A DNA stretch of 63,633 bases, filler included, from Phoronis australis (GCA_002633005.1; 7 parts of 7 records of this genome joined end to end with filler, not necessarily neighbours in it), one strand, 5' to 3'. Positions 1 to 14,313 are shown, numbered from the whole stretch's first letter. Program-made: numbers and translations. Notes: generated by a model from the sequence alone, not told the origin.

Positions 1-106
1 CCTAATATTCGTGTGTAAGTGGAGAACTTGGTAGAGGACTTAACGCGAGTGGTCAGTTTGCGAGAAAGGTCTTGTGACTATGTTCGAAAGTTTACCTTAA
101 ATAGAA

Positions 107-186
107 ATGTGCATCGTTTGGGGGGTAGTCGCTGTAAAGTAATTACATGTGCATCATTTGGGGGGTAGTCGCTGTAAAGTAATTAC
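107..186. repeat. 40-bp tandem duplication (2 copies, 1 mismatch)
   Basis: ATGTGCATC(G/A)TTTGGGGGGTAGTCGCTGTAAAGTAATTAC x2. Confidence 0.95.
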
Positions 187-257
187 GACGTTTTCCATTT
201 CTTTTGTCACTTCCCTAGCTCAGAAAATTTCTGTATAGAATTTATCGGATTACCTAC

Positions 258-440
258 CCTCTAGAGCTTTTTTCGCGCGCTCGTCATTTCCATCATCTCC
301 TTGCCACGTCGATGCACCCTTAAGTGTTGACACCGTCATCTCCGTTGTAAAAAACGCAAATTCCCCATTCATCATACCTAGTTCATCGGCGTGTAGCAGG
401 AAATCTCTGACGTCACCAGAATAGCACAACAAGAAGAAGA
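258..440 (-). CDS. NPR/receptor guanylyl cyclase-like, exon 4 (gene continues beyond window start)
   Basis: tttcag acceptor; VFFLLCYSGDVRDFLLHADELGMMNGEFAFF..WQGDDGNDERAKKALEG matches the NPR extracellular pattern; GTAGGT donor. Confidence 0.88.
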
Positions 441-526
441 CTGAAACACGCAGCAACAGAAATGACGTCAACAGAATAACACAGCACGTAAACTGAAATA
501 CACGGTAACTTTAAATGATCCCAGCG

Positions 527-716
527 CTTGGAATCTAACTTTGTACCCGAACTCGAATTTTCCAGTTTTAATCGAAATCTCGAGTTTTCACTTGAGTTTA
601 TTGTTCGAATCTAAATGTCGTCTATTGCAAATTTGAACTCATCTGTGTAAACCGAAACAAACTCCAAGCATGCAAAAATAGTCACTGTAATGGACGATTT
701 CGAGTTCGATTCCAAG
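527..716. mobile_element. Small MITE-like inverted-repeat element in NPR intron 3
   Basis: CTTGGAATCTAACT at left pairs with AGTTCGATTCCAAG at right; internal CGAACTCGAA motifs recur near 21150-21340. Confidence 0.45.
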
Positions 717-1617
717 TACACAGAAGCAACACTATGACGCCTCGGAATACACAGCCAAACGAAGACTGAAATACACGGCAGCAACAACATCAGTATAAAA
801 CATGAAAATTCTTTAAGAAATCACCGAAATCCTCGGCGATTCATTGTGAAAAAGGCGAAACTGGATATCGAGACTTGAAATCTGACTTTTTAAAGAAAAA
901 TGTGCTGGAACACATATTTTTCATACAACAAATAGCTGCCGATTAATGGCAAAATTTGCTCTCCATCTTTATGTAACTTTCAATCTTATATTCGGCTTAG
1001 AATTTTTAATGAAAATTTTCGGATTTCTGGGCCCCAGTGATCATTAAATTCTTATGAAGTGACTTGACTCTAAAATTGGCCAATCATACTGCATGGAATT
1101 CGAAAGTTAATCGAAATTTGGACCGCAGTTTGTGAGTAGAGCCTTGAGCCAAAGTTGCTGGTCATGGCTAAGTCAACAAAATGACCGCCGTAACTAGATG
1201 GTGATGAACTGATCATGACATTTAAACTGGTGCAAAGCTCATTAACATAAAAGACTGTATTTAATATGACACCTTTCGACCCAAGAATCTCATTTATTGT
1301 CTTATCTTGTCATTCCGTTCAATTTCTGAAACAAGCTCGGCTCACCGCGGTAGGCAAATATTGAATGACCTTCGTGCAGTTTGTTTATGTAACTGAAAAA
1401 ACGCACGTTTAATAAGAATTATATGATTAGCTTAATTAATTCTTGAAATTAATAACTGTTATACAAGCAGAGTTGTCCATCGGGTTCTATTGGCCAATCG
1501 AGATTACCCCTCCCCATTTGAAGGATTGTCGAGTTCAGAGCATGTACGAAATGTCAAAAGGTTACATAAAAGCAAAATCTAAATCTTCCAAACAAAAATG
1601 TACCAGTATAAGAATAC

Positions 1618-1747
1618 CTCTCACTCCTTGTCTTGTTTCGTTCAAAACTTCTAAATGAGTCTTTTTGAATGATGTAGAATGTTCTTCTTTTCTGGAGTCA
1701 AACATATTTACGTAAATTACCTCAATACCACGCTCCTCTAGGGAAAC
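1618..1747 (-). CDS. NPR/receptor guanylyl cyclase-like, exon 3 (absent from the ORF track)
   Basis: tttccag acceptor; VSLEERGIEVIYVNMFDSRKEEHSTSFKKTHLEVLNETRQGVR; GTATT donor. 130 nt, phase 0/1, bridges exons 2 and 4 in frame. Confidence 0.8.
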
Positions 1748-2697
1748 CTGGAAATTAACGCTTAAATATTAAAATTAAATTAACAATAAGAATGAATTAT
1801 CAGCGTGTCAAACGTGATGTTGGCTAAATTAATCACGTGACCTACATATATGGTCAAGTACGAAATGACCTCTATCCCTGCCGTAGCGCAAACTCGGACC
1901 AATGTGAGAGCGTGTAATATGAATGTGTTGTTATATGTCAGCGCGATGATATGGCATTAGCAAGAACTAGTAATCTCTTACAAGCGCTCATACTACAAAC
2001 TTTAAATATAGTTTCCTTCCCTCTCGTCAGGTTCGCCCATTGTAGGCCCAATGTAGGTCCGTGCAAATTAATCTCCACCGTACTGTCATCTTCCAAGTAG
2101 TTTACCGAGTTATTCTATCAAATTCTGTCGTTTTCATAGTTGAAGAGATTGGGTATACTATGAAGTAAATACACCTAGTTCCATTTATTTCTAGGTCTAG
2201 TAACTTTTCAACTGTCTACCATTTTAATCTCGCGCAAAAACTTTTTCAGTATACTAGTATGTCTTATTCGACGTCTTGACCAAACTACTGCCCCTACCAT
2301 AACTGCGATGTGCAACCGCAATATGAAAACGTCAGTCTACACTTAGTGCACAAAAACAGACAACACCAACACCCGACATAACCAACAAATTAGTGGTACT
2401 TCTATGCTCATTTTAATGGACAGTGCGCAAATGTTCGCATAATTACGCATGTTTTAGTGTGCATAATGTTGCAATTGGCGCACATTAGCAGTGCGTATTG
2501 ATAATTCATGTGATTGTTTGATGTTCACTAATTAACTTCTAAAAATGCGCGCCACGATTTCTTTAAACAATGAGATATCTAAATGTGTAAAGATGTTGAA
2601 CTCAACTAAAGAACTCCTAATGCCCAATTCCAATACAAAATGACTTTTTCTTCCAATCAGCACTGAAGCAACCACGATAACAACTGTGAGTTATTAC

Positions 2698-2951
2698 CTG
2701 CAAATATACAGCAGTGCGAGTCCACAAGGCTTCAATTGAAGGCACGACAGCTACCCTCGTCCAGTTAAAGCGCTGAGTTAGAGCGTAGATGACATTCTTT
2801 AAGCCATAACTAGGAGGAAGTGTACGTGCAAAGGTGGGGAAAATCGACTTGTCGCTGAGACTCGGCGAAATACAGCCGAAGCTTATCATCGGTATCTTCC
2901 AGGCGCTCGCCAGGTGGGCCCCCGGCTCGCAAATGCTGTCGCAAGCAGGCC
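2698..2951 (-). CDS. NPR/receptor guanylyl cyclase-like, exon 2
   Basis: tttcaacag acceptor; (G)PACDSICEPGAHLASAWKIPMISFGCISPSLSDKSIFPTFARTLPP..FNWTRVAVV..YLQ; GTAAT donor. Phases 1/0 fit the neighbouring exons. Confidence 0.92.
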
Positions 2952-5900
2952 CTGTTGAAAGTCACCACCTTTTTATATAGCTACGTCACGTAGTAAGAAG
3001 TTGACTGATGTGTTGTAACGTGTATTGTCACACTCGACACATTTGCTGAGCTCCGGGAACAGCATGTGCCGGATGTGACAATCTGTGCTGTGAACACAGA
3101 CAAAATGTTTTTATCTCCAAAGGAGTTTACCAGGATGTTTTAACACAGTGCCGATCCAACGTCAGAAGGAAGCCCAAAATATTGTAAGAAAACCCAAAAC
3201 GAGATTGGTGCAAGTTAAACGCCGGGGCAAAATTTTAGGACTGAGATGACTGGTGACGATTATAGTTACGCGTTTTGTTGATTTTACAAACTTTAAGAAT
3301 TAAAAAAACTGAAGACGTGTTTTACTCCCTCCATTCAACTTTCGGTAACCCCCCTACTCTAAGTCTGGGTCCTCATTCCGACCCTCTGAATTATCAACTT
3401 CATCTACCGGAAGATTCCTTCGTCGAAGTTTGATTTGCCACATATGCCTTCACTGACTTCAGGCCTACCCGTATTATAGCGTGGGTTTCAATGCGACAAC
3501 ATGCACAAGTATTGCACACCGGTCGACCTATGTGTTGCAACATGGTACGCTGTTGAGAAAATTTGAGAATATCGATCTGAGGTGTTGCTAGACCTTTACG
3601 CAGACATTTTCTGTCATTAAGTTAGAAAGGATGCCAAACACAGACTGATCATACTCTTCTGTTCAGCAATTTAAATTAATGTGGTACACTGTATGTCCAT
3701 TCTGCAACTACGTGATTTAGGCATTTATCGTCTGAAGTCACCACGAGGCGATTTTACTCGCCAGTAGTTGTAGCAGCGAGTATTCACTACATTATAGTCG
3801 CTGATACTTCAATCACATGAGGCGATTGCAGACGCTGCAAGAAATAGTAGCGTTTTAGCAAATGAGGCTGTGCCTATTGTGTCGATCGTAGATAGGGTTC
3901 GGTTCCAGCTGAAAAAAATTGACGACTAATAGGCATAATTCGCACCTATAAACATCTTTCAAGTTTTTTGATTTTATTTCTTGTCAAATTCACCATGTCG
4001 TCCACCATTTCGAGCATTAACCGTTTAAACATGTGATTTCTTATGTTTGTTTTCATATAAAGTCCAATTGTAACACACACACACTTTAATAATTTCTGTA
4101 AATATCCAATAACCTGATGTTTCCACATCCCTGCCACATAAGAACTTGCAGTTGGTCAGTCATATTTTCGTTCGAGGAAGAACATGTACATAAACAATCT
4201 GATCGAGTTGCGATAGCTCGTGTCCGTGATCACACGTAGCTTAGCGACGTTTGATACGTAGCTACGCAATTACACGTCGTGAGTTCGGTCATTATCACTT
4301 TTTGGTGCCCATAAATCAATATACTGGCAGAATGTGAAAATTTAGTTTTTTGTTATATGACTACATCTACAATGCATAGAAAGAGACAGAGTATATTTTG
4401 GATTTCGATCGCATGACTATCATTCATTCGGTAAAGCCAGCAAACATTTTTTACTCAAAACGTTACGGAGAGATTTTAAGGAACCAGGTTCCAGGATATT
4501 CTTGGAATGGGCATTGTATTTGAGATATATGTCCGTTTTGTAGTTAAGCAATCGCCGTTTTTAATGCAAAAAAATCGACAACCGTCATTTGGTTTTATCA
4601 ATACCATTATTGAATTTGCCGTTTTGCTCGACCCACTTGGTAATCGGCCGATACCTATTTGATATTATGTACCCATTTGGTACTATGCTAACCTGTGCCA
4701 CTTAGTATCCGATACTCAATTACACATTGGGTATCATAAATGTGCGTGTTATCTCTTGTAATTAAGGAACCCATCTGGTTTGTGAAATATTCATTTGTAG
4801 AGATGTGACCCTGAAATTCCCAATACAACCTAAAATACAAATTATTCTTGTTGTTTTATTTGTCATCAATAATGGTCTTCGGATACTTACAGTGTGTATG
4901 TAGGACAGGGCAGATAGAGTTCACGACCGTTGAGTTTTGTCATATTTATGTTGTGGCGGGAGGGGGGNGGGGTGTCAACATAAATGTACAAGTAACAGTT
5001 CTGTGCTCGTAAAGGTCTTATCCAACGGAATTGAGGGATTAAATTAGAGTTGGTTGAAATCTGACTTTTGCTGAATTGGAGTGCATGTACCAGTAGGGTA
5101 CAGCAACTTGGTACTAGCTAGACATTTCCCTTTTTCTGCCACGGTGTGGTTTTTCTGCGTGATGGTGATATTTTGAAATAAATCAAAACTTTATCGTTTG
5201 ATATGGTTACGGTATCTCAATGTGTTGTTTCTGTGTGAATATTTTTTGTTGTCTTTCTCATTCTGGATGGCCAGTCAGATGGACTCAGTGTGCTTGTTAT
5301 TGACAGAAAAAAAATCTACGATTCCACACATCATGGTCGGATAACAGAGGACATTGATTGGTGTAAAAATAATACAGGTAAAAATTAATAATGCCAACAC
5401 CATTTTAAAACTCTAGCTCCGCGTATATACATGTATTGGAGTCGTCGTGTTGTTTTACAACAGAGTCTTTGACACAACTGTTTGAACTTTGAGACCATGT
5501 CGCTTCAAACTGTACAAATTCCCAGTTCACCACCAAGATGAATTAGGTTCTAGGACAAGTAATACTTGATACTTAGAGAAAAGTTTAGTGCGTATCACTG
5601 AAGTAATTTTTCTTAAGACAACTCTGCACACCTTAAAAGCGTTTTATTTTTTGAAAAAAACATCTGCATATTGGTGTAATTATTATTCCTTGGTATAACC
5701 TGAAGTAGACAATTCTAATCACCTTTCGGGAAATTGGGGCTGTGAAAATGCTTACTTCGACCTTCCGGCTTCGGCTGACTAAGCAATGGTGTTCACAGTC
5801 ACACGCGGCTAGCCGATATATATGTGTGTCTTCAGTACCAACCAGTACAGGGTGTCATTTGTGCATTCTTCTTTTTTATTGAAATACTTGATATTAACAT

Positions 5901-7393
5901 ATCAGTCTCTGTAACTCTATCGTTTTGCAAAAGTTTGCTCCCAACTTTTTTTCAAACTGGTCTATGCCCTCATTTCCGAATATGCAGTCATGTACTGGTC
6001 AATCATTGTTGCATACAATGACACGACTTTACACGCACACATACTGCTGTTTGTATGCTGATCAATTTCCATGGGTTTCTATCATTTTTTCTACTTAATT
6101 TTCAAGTGTTTCACACGAACGTTCGCCTTAAATCTTTTTGTTCGAGTAAATCAAGAAGCGTCGGGTCAAGGAATTTTTAGAGCCATATTAAAAACTTTGG
6201 GAACGCAGTGATGCAATGGCGCGCCAGAGACCGGCCCTCTTTGACAGCTGATCGCCTTGTCGATTTATAAGCAACTGAAAAATAGGTGCTATACAATTAC
6301 AACGACGAAAAAATGTTAATTACGTTGCTGTATAATACCATTTTGTAAACTTTATACATTTCAATCCCAGGCCCTAGCAGCACTCCGTGAGAATTTCAGT
6401 GAAAGCATTAGGAATTTTGTCTTTACAATGGCTTATATGACCGTTTAAGAAATGTGTGGGTTTATATTACCAATATTTTAAAACCTCGTTAGTATTCAAA
6501 ATTTCGAATTTTATTCTGAAAATTCCCCGGCTTCCATAAGGCCACCGTGCTTAGTGTTTACATAGCGCTCATCCTCAATATGGCGGATCACGATTCAGGG
6601 GCTGTCTGGCTTGCGAGTGTAGTCGTGTCGTCTCTATGTATGTGGCTCATTGGCTGAAACCCACGCAAAAGGCATGCGTTGAAAATCAACAATTTTGCCT
6701 TTGAAAACAAGCCTTTTATACAACACCGTGACACAGGTTTGCATTCGTTTTGTTTTTTTATGTTTCACGGTTGTTTAAAAACTAATGTGACAACAGAATC
6801 CAAATAACGTAAAAAGGCTTAACAAACTTCTACAAGGTGACGCAGTTGAGGTTAGCTAACAAGAAGATAGAGATCGACTTACGATGAGTTCTGCACTAAT
6901 TCTCAAAAACGTTTTTAAACAGAATTCAAATCGCGATACCATAGCAGCGGTTAATATCAACGTAAGAACGGCCGATACAACATAATGGGGACCAGGAGAG
7001 CGTTCAGCAGACGAGAGACCTTAGCATGCTTTGAAAATCCGATGAATTCTTTTGTTAGCACAGTAAGAAGGTCAGTTTAAACGCGAATTACACTGTAAGT
7101 ATGGACGAATAAAATTCTTATTAATACATACATTAAAAAGCACACGTTTACTTAAAAACTTCGCAACTAAAGATTTTTTAACAACAACTGCATCAGAAAA
7201 TATTGGACGCAATTGCCGAAAATAGCAACCTTTCCGAAAATATGTCCGGGTGTATATTTGGCTTCAATTGACGCTTTGGAAAGGTTGTTTTCCAAACATC
7301 CGCCAATGTGCCTATGTAGCCAAATTTAACACATTTACTCATAACTATCAATTTAGAAATACAAAAGTTCGAATTCATTATCGCAATTCTCAC

Positions 7394-7712
7394 CAATAAA
7401 AGCATGCGTGATGTTTCTTTTCCATAAATCGACAATTTGGCGTAGTCCCACTCCTGCGTCACATTCGCTATCTCGCCAAGAGAACTTCACCGTGTGGTTA
7501 TATTTTCTTAGCATAGTGAAGGATGGGTCGGTGTTAAGTCGGTCTACGGCAATGGAGGCTGCACTAGCCGACTTTTTACCAATTGGCCATCTTCCCGTGA
7601 CGGGTATCAAGACTCCAACGTGAAAAGTTTCGCACTTGATGGGACAGCTTTGATCAGCGAGGATAACAAGAAGTATAGCAAGAAGACGGTGCCCAGCCAT
7701 GAGCAGATCCAT
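7394..7712 (-). CDS. NPR/receptor guanylyl cyclase-like protein, coding exon 1 (signal peptide + start of ANF-receptor ligand-binding domain)
   Basis: MDLLMAGHRLLAILLVILAD (signal-like) then FHVGVLIP..W..ASIAVDRLN..WRDSECDAGVGL..HAFIG, typical of the ANF_receptor domain. GTGAG donor after 7394 (phase 1). Confidence 0.88.
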
Positions 7713-8809
7713 ACACTCTCACGTCATTGAAATGCGACTGGTCAGTGTTGAGAACAAGGTACCTTCCTGAAATTTAAACACGTTTCCTGATTCAAAGAAG
7801 GCGATAATTATATCCTGTAGTTATGCGTAGGAAATCATTGGGTGGCGTCATGGAATCTTGGAAATACTCCCAAACGGAATGTCATGTTTCAGTGTGTAAT
7901 GTGAGTAGGACCCAGAGGAGGTCAATTAAAACAAAATACTAATCCACCAAGCTTTACTTGTAGATTTCCAGAAAAGATCTAATCCTTACTGCCGCCAGAG
8001 CATAAATTTACAATAAAATGCTACAAACTTACGTGATATGTAAAAGACTTTGGAAAAATCACTAAAATGTACTACTAATATCCTAAAATTCAGGCACGTA
8101 GGAAGCGGGGGTGGGGCGGGGGCACATTCCCCCCAAAAAAATTGCAGGCATCAGGGTTAAATCGTGGCATCCGACATACACTGTATGCATGGGGCAGGGT
8201 ACAGTCGAGAAAAGAAAGATTGCGAATACGAATATTTTATTAAGAGATGAAATTCAAGAGAACATTCGACAACAATCGGTATCAGTCCATGGTTTATCCT
8301 TTAAAGGCCTTGGCCAAGGTATTGCTGTTAAGCCGAGTCTCCGTTTTTGCAACATATTTCCTCTAAACGCTCTTGAAAACCTACACTTTTAAGTGATGAT
8401 TAAAATCATTCATACATGTATTTCGAAAAATTGAGAAAATCTTAAATTCCACAAGGCAGTTTTGCAAAGCTATATTTTTCCAGAGGCCCCTCTGTGGCAA
8501 AACATAACGGAGACAACTGTCGCTCTATATTTTCGTTTTTTTGTAGGAATTGTTTGTAAGAAATTCGACTGTCGAATGGGGATACTCAAATTACATGTAG
8601 TTGCAATCATAAACAGAGATTTCAGTGTTTATTTGGAATTCAACTTTAACTCGTCAACCGTTTTACTGTAGGTACTTCTGAAATTAGCAACAATACACCT
8701 AAATACAAATGTTCCGTCTCCTATGATAACCCGGTTATCCGTCAAAAATCTGCGAACATGCCTTCGGAAATTGCTTATAGCATTTCGTTTTCACAAAAAA
8801 TTCGTTGGT

Positions 8810-9510
8810 TTCTGATTTAGATGTTTTTGTATCCTACGCAAATCAACAGATTCATAGATTATTTTGACAAGCTAATTTTATAAGAATTGATGATGTTTCA
8901 GTGAACTTAGTTGCAAGTTGAAGTTGGAAAATTTTATAATCCAAACCCCAAATAGTAAAGTAACTTACTTTAGACGATTTTTGCCTGAAATAACTCTCAA
9001 AGACATTGATGAAATTGGGACGGTTCCCAAAATATACTCACAATTCAAATGACAGTAAATTCATTGCTTTTTGACTTAGTTAAGAGATTTGTCGTTTAAA
9101 CTCACAAACAGAAGATCAAAGAGGAATTAAGTCTGTAAATTTAGGTAAACGTATTGCTCATGGAATCAATTGTTGGTTTCTAATTTACTCATGTTTACGT
9201 ATTTACAAAAATCAAATGATTGATTGATGATTTTTTTACAATTAGAAGAGATTTTGTAAGAAATGACAATGCTACACTGAATTTAGTTGCAGGCTGACAT
9301 TGGGAAAAGTGAATCTATCATCAGATCCTCAAATAGCAAAGTATAAGAAACGATTTTTGTCTATCTGAAATAAGTCTCAACGATATTGATGAATGTCGGA
9401 TAGCTCTACACAGTGTCCCAAAATATGCTCACAATTCCAAAGGACCATAAATTGTTTATTGACTTTGGAACTAGAATGGTGGTTTAAATTCACAAACCGT
9501 AGATCGAAAA
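8810..9510. repeat. Diverged ~380-bp tandem duplication
   Basis: Blocks TTAGTTGCA / CAAATAG / ACGATTTTTG / CTGAAATAA / CCCAAAATAT.CTCACAATTC occur colinearly twice (about 8880-9120 and 9260-9510). Confidence 0.75.
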
Positions 9511-9839
9511 TAATTCATTGCTCATTAACTTGGAAAGGTTGTCTTTGCACTTCCCTGCTGTTTTTAGTTTCCAGTAGTATTGAGCAATGAATTTTTGTTT
9601 TTTAAAACTGAATCGTTTCCTTGCATTTCCCGTGCATACTACATAGACGGAGCACGTCATGACTGACGCATCTACTTTAAAACTAAGATGCAATCATGCA
9701 ATAGGCCCGTGCAGAATCTTTAGTAATCCCGGAAACTGCATTTGATCTACAGGTGTTGAAGGGTGTATACTTTGGGGGCACACTTTATCATTTTTTTTCA
9801 ACGATCAGAAACTGGACTACCGGCCGTGACTTCCGAAAG

Positions 9840-11210
9840 AACATACAGTGTTCGTGTAGACGACGTACTTTCAACTTTATCTCCTCCTGGATTTGTAAAC
9901 GTAGGTGTACCGCAGGGTACCGTATTGGGCTCTCTTCTCTTCTTGGTTTATATTAATGACCTTCCTGATAACCTGTCATGTAGCACATACCTTTATGCAG
10001 ATGACACGGTGCTTTTTTACCCCTTCGCAGGGAGCAGCCCTAAATGTTCTTTGCAGCTTCAACACGACTTAAATAAACTCAACTGTTGGTCACAAGAATG
10101 GAGAATGAATTTTAAACCAGAAAAAAACGTTGACCTCACAATCTCCAAATTTATTAATGCTCTCTTCCTTGTTGACCCGTCTTATGACCTTAAACTTAAT
10201 GATGAAATCATTCCTAGAAAACAGTCGCACAGAGATCTGGGTATACTGTTAGATGAAAAACTCTCATTCACCCCTCACGTTCGGGAGCTCGTACAAAAAA
10301 ACTCAGGAACTAATTAACCCACTTAAGCTTGTCTCTCGTCATCTGAATTCTAGAAGTTTTGTTCAAATCCTTTATACTTCCACACATTGATTATTGTGAT
10401 ATTATATATCAATCTGCCAATGCGGGTGCACTCCAACATTTGGAGAAGTTACAATATCAAGCTGCCTTACTCATAACCGGAGCTTACAGGGGATCCAATA
10501 GTGTTAAGGTTTTGAAAAGTCTCAAGTGGTCCAAACTGTCTACTCGACGCAGTCTTCACATGACCACATTTACTTGCAAGAAAATAAACAATGTCAACAA
10601 CGTGTCTGTCAAAAAAATATTTGATCTATATACTAGACAAGGCCATCGTAGTGATTTGAGATCCTCCACCCCATATGCAATTCCTCCGTCGTTCAGTCAG
10701 GCATTCAGAAGGTCTACAGTCATGATGTGCATCAACAACTGGAATTGTCTTCCAGTCTCTGTTAAGGAAAACAACTCTTTTACGAGTATAAAAATAATTT
10801 TAGAACTGTTTTTCATAATTTTGATAACTCAAGACCCTTGACTCAATTCTCCCTTACCCGCGATAACAAAATAGCATTGTAAAGATCAAGATGTGGCCTT
10901 TTCCTCAACTCTGACAAGTTCAGGCACAACTTTAGTAATGTCTCTCCAAACTGTAAATGTGGTGACCATCAATCTTATCCTCATATTTTCTTCAAATGTC
11001 CCCTCATTGAATACCTGAGAGACTCACTCTTTCGTGCACTCAATGAAAACCAATCAATTGTTAACGCTCTCAATTCTTGCAATAATATCCCTACTAAAGT
11101 TACATTATTATTGAATGGTAGACCTAACCTTGACTTCGTTCTCAACGAATTCCTCCTAAGCAACGTTAGTAAATTTTTATGTACCGTTTATCAATATTGT
11201 TGCATCTGAT
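9840..11210 (+). mobile_element. 5'-truncated, frameshifted non-LTR retrotransposon (CR1/L2-like ORF2: RT + C-terminal Cys/His region)
   Basis: GVPQGTVLGSLLFLVYIND, YADD, DLGILLDEKLSF; frameshift in an A-run near 10300; FKSFILPHIDYCDIIY; later SPNCKCGDHQSYPHIFFKCP; AT-rich 3' tail. Confidence 0.9.
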
Positions 11211-12884
11211 TTCCCTCAATGAATCTGTACATATTTTTGTTTTTATATATCTGTAATTGCATATCTAAGTATTGGAATACAAATTTTAGATACTACCTAA
11301 TTCTATATACCTCTATGTATATTAGTTTCATTTATGATTTGTTTACAACCCAGATATAATGCTTCGCGGTTTCTGGGTTTGCAATTATTTCTTTGTATGT
11401 TCTGTGTATTTTACACAAATTGCTATTTTCTAACTTTCTCAAATGCGAATTTGTCAAAATTTATGTCTCGGGACAGCTCGCTTTCAACTGAAAGTATTGG
11501 CATATCTGATAACCGTGTTTGGGCTATTGTATATCTCAAATACGTTTTAATGAGCTTGAGCTTAAAAGATTCTCTCACAAGAGGCCACAGGCACACATAT
11601 TATCAGAAACAACTTTAAGGCTATGACTAAGTTTGAGAGTGACTTCTGAAACTCCTATTCGCAAATGAACTTAAGAACGTCCTATGAAGTCCAATTCTTG
11701 ACGCTCACCGCTTGAATTCCAGCGGCTTCCAAGTGCCTTGGAAATCTTATTTCAATTGCCAGTTCGGATACACAAATTAATTTCGTCACAGAAAAAGCAA
11801 GTTTCATCACAGATGCCTTGAAGCAACCTTCGGTGGAGTTAACCAAGTTAATGGTTTTGAAAGATAGCTTCGAACAAATCAACGATTTGAACCAATGCTT
11901 GCGATCTGGAATTCAACTCAGTTGCGAATCATTCCAAGCATTCGAAAATTCCCCGTTTGTCTTGGTCCGTCAACGATATGCTCTCTTGCCGTTTTCCTTT
12001 TCAGAGAACCGAGCAGGCTTCTCCACTGCAATGCCATGCACTTGAGCTTTCGTGGCATTTTGAACATATTGTCACTTTCAGAATAAATTTTGATTAAGCA
12101 ATTGGTATAGATAGTTCCATTGAAATTGCCCAAAATTTGTTCATATGCACTTTTAAACCATGGGGTCAAACTTGTGTTTAAGTATTTTGACGTTATCATC
12201 TATTTTTAGATGATGTTTACTACTTTGGTTCTGGGGTCAAAACACTCTAAAGATTGTAGAAATTTCTGAGATCAAATAGTAACAGCCAGTGATATGATTG
12301 GATATAATCATGCGGTTTTTATTAGCCAACTACATTATTAGAATTTGGGCAGACGTTTGGAAAATACTCAGATGAGATTTAGTAGTTGAAGCTAGAACAC
12401 TTGCTAATGTGTACAAAACAAATTGTACAACGGAGACTTCCCATGGAAGACTCTAAAGAGGATCGTGACAAGGGCAAGGAAGCGTTAACGAACAGGAAGT
12501 TAACTAGGAGCTTGTCACTTTTGCATAGTGGGTAGTAAGATCCTGCCTACAAGTGTTGCGCTACGAGAGATTGTGACCAGCAACAGGAATCGTGGGTAGA
12601 AAATACTGCCTGCAGGTGTCGCGTCACGAAAGGAGTGTGACCATCAAGTACGCTGTTACAGTACATTGTGTGTTAGTTCGAAGATTCACCAACAGGAGAG
12701 TCACTCAACAAGTGTCGAGTCCTACAGCTTGGATAACAGATACATGTAGGAAGTTTGATATGCAGCACAGACTTCAGTCAATGAATTCAGTAACCTTTTG
12801 ACTAAGTTCACGAATAGCATGCGTGCGCTGTGGATGTAAACATTTCTCTTTTCCTTTATTTTCCTTCTCTTTTGTCTTCTTGAT

Positions 12885-13093
12885 CATGCGCGCACCCAGG
12901 GGGTGAAGTGGGCAAAAAAGCCGCCTTAAAGGAACAAAAAGTCCGAGAAAACGAGATAAAAGTCCACTGAAAAGGCGCGAACGTACAATTGACAGCTGTG
13001 AACGCGGTACCCCGCATTTTTAGCCTCCCCTGTTTTTTGTTAGGAAAAGGTCCACATAAAGCCCCCCTATATTTTAGACTGGGTGAGCGCATA
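12885..13093. mobile_element. MITE with ~15-bp TIR
   Basis: CATGCGCGCACCCAG ... CTGGGTGAGCGCATA; no clean TSD. Confidence 0.55.
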
Positions 13094-13227
13094 TTGACCT
13101 CTTTCTTCTTACACTTCATTGCAATTTCAATATAAATTTCAACCCAAAAGCCCCACAGTGTACAAGTACCTTTTACAGCAATTTCCCACAATGATTACTA
13201 AGCTGGAATAAAGATGAATGTGTTTAT

Positions 13228-13303
13228 ATGCGTGGGTGTGGTGTGTGTGTGTGCGCGTGGGCATGCTTGTGTGCGTACGTGGGCACGTGTGCACGTGTGT
13301 GTG
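13228..13303. repeat. Degenerate (GT/GC)n microsatellite
   Basis: Alternating purine-pyrimidine tract gtgtgtgtgtgtgcgcgtg... Confidence 0.85.
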
Positions 13304-14313
13304 CTATTTCAAGACAAAGAGAAGCAGAGTTTTTGCTACTTTAATAAAAAATTACTCCGAAATTGTAAACCTTTTTTGGTATCATCCTTTAGAATATGTG
13401 CGGCATGAACACAATGTAAAAAATTACTCAGTGAATGTAGTGAATGCTGCCACAACAAATTCCTAAAAATTCACATTTTAAACCAGTCATTCTACATAAA
13501 AATAGGTATGAATACGTTCATACAACATATTTTCATCCTTGAAAGACAGTATAAGGCACCCCGATGGCATAAATCTTTCACTAAGCACTATTTACCCAAT
13601 TGTTCGATATGCTATTGCGAAGTCCCAAAAGAGTGCTCCGTGAAATTGGTTCGTTTCCTCTTTCCTTGCTCTAAAGCATTGGTCAAGGGGTCGAAATGAC
13701 ATCATGCCGATGAACCGCTATGACTTTGAGAAATCTCAAATTTCATCGCGTCCCTACTGTAGTTCACCAGAGTGAAGCTATAGGGGGCTCGGGCGTACTA
13801 CATACACGTGCAGTTTCAGGAAACAAATAAATCAAGGCATGGTGTCCAGTGCCCGACTGCATGAAACAGTCCCAAATAGAGACTCAACCAAGTTCTCTAA
13901 ATCTACTGCGCAATTATGAACCTGCGAAAACGCCGATTGTTCTTTCTGATGCTGTTTTAGTTTGATTACTAAGTCAGATTTTAGTATTGTTACAAATCGA
14001 GAGTGAACTTGAAGTTGAATTGTCAATATTATTGAAAATAAGTAGGGACCTTTTCATACAACACCTCCAATTTAAGGACTAAGTCCCTAATTATTTTGAT
14101 AGAATTACGGGCTCAGGTTTTAGGTATATGATTAGAAAATGCCGTTAGTCAAAGAAGAGCTCATAACAATGATAAAATTACAGAAAAAATCACATCTGTA
14201 CCTAAAAAACGAAACAAATACGAAAAAGAGGGAACTTAGTTCAGTTCCTATTAGGGACTGTTTCATGCAACCGGCCACTGTGACCTGATCAAACCTGAAC
14301 GTTTTTGGTCCGC

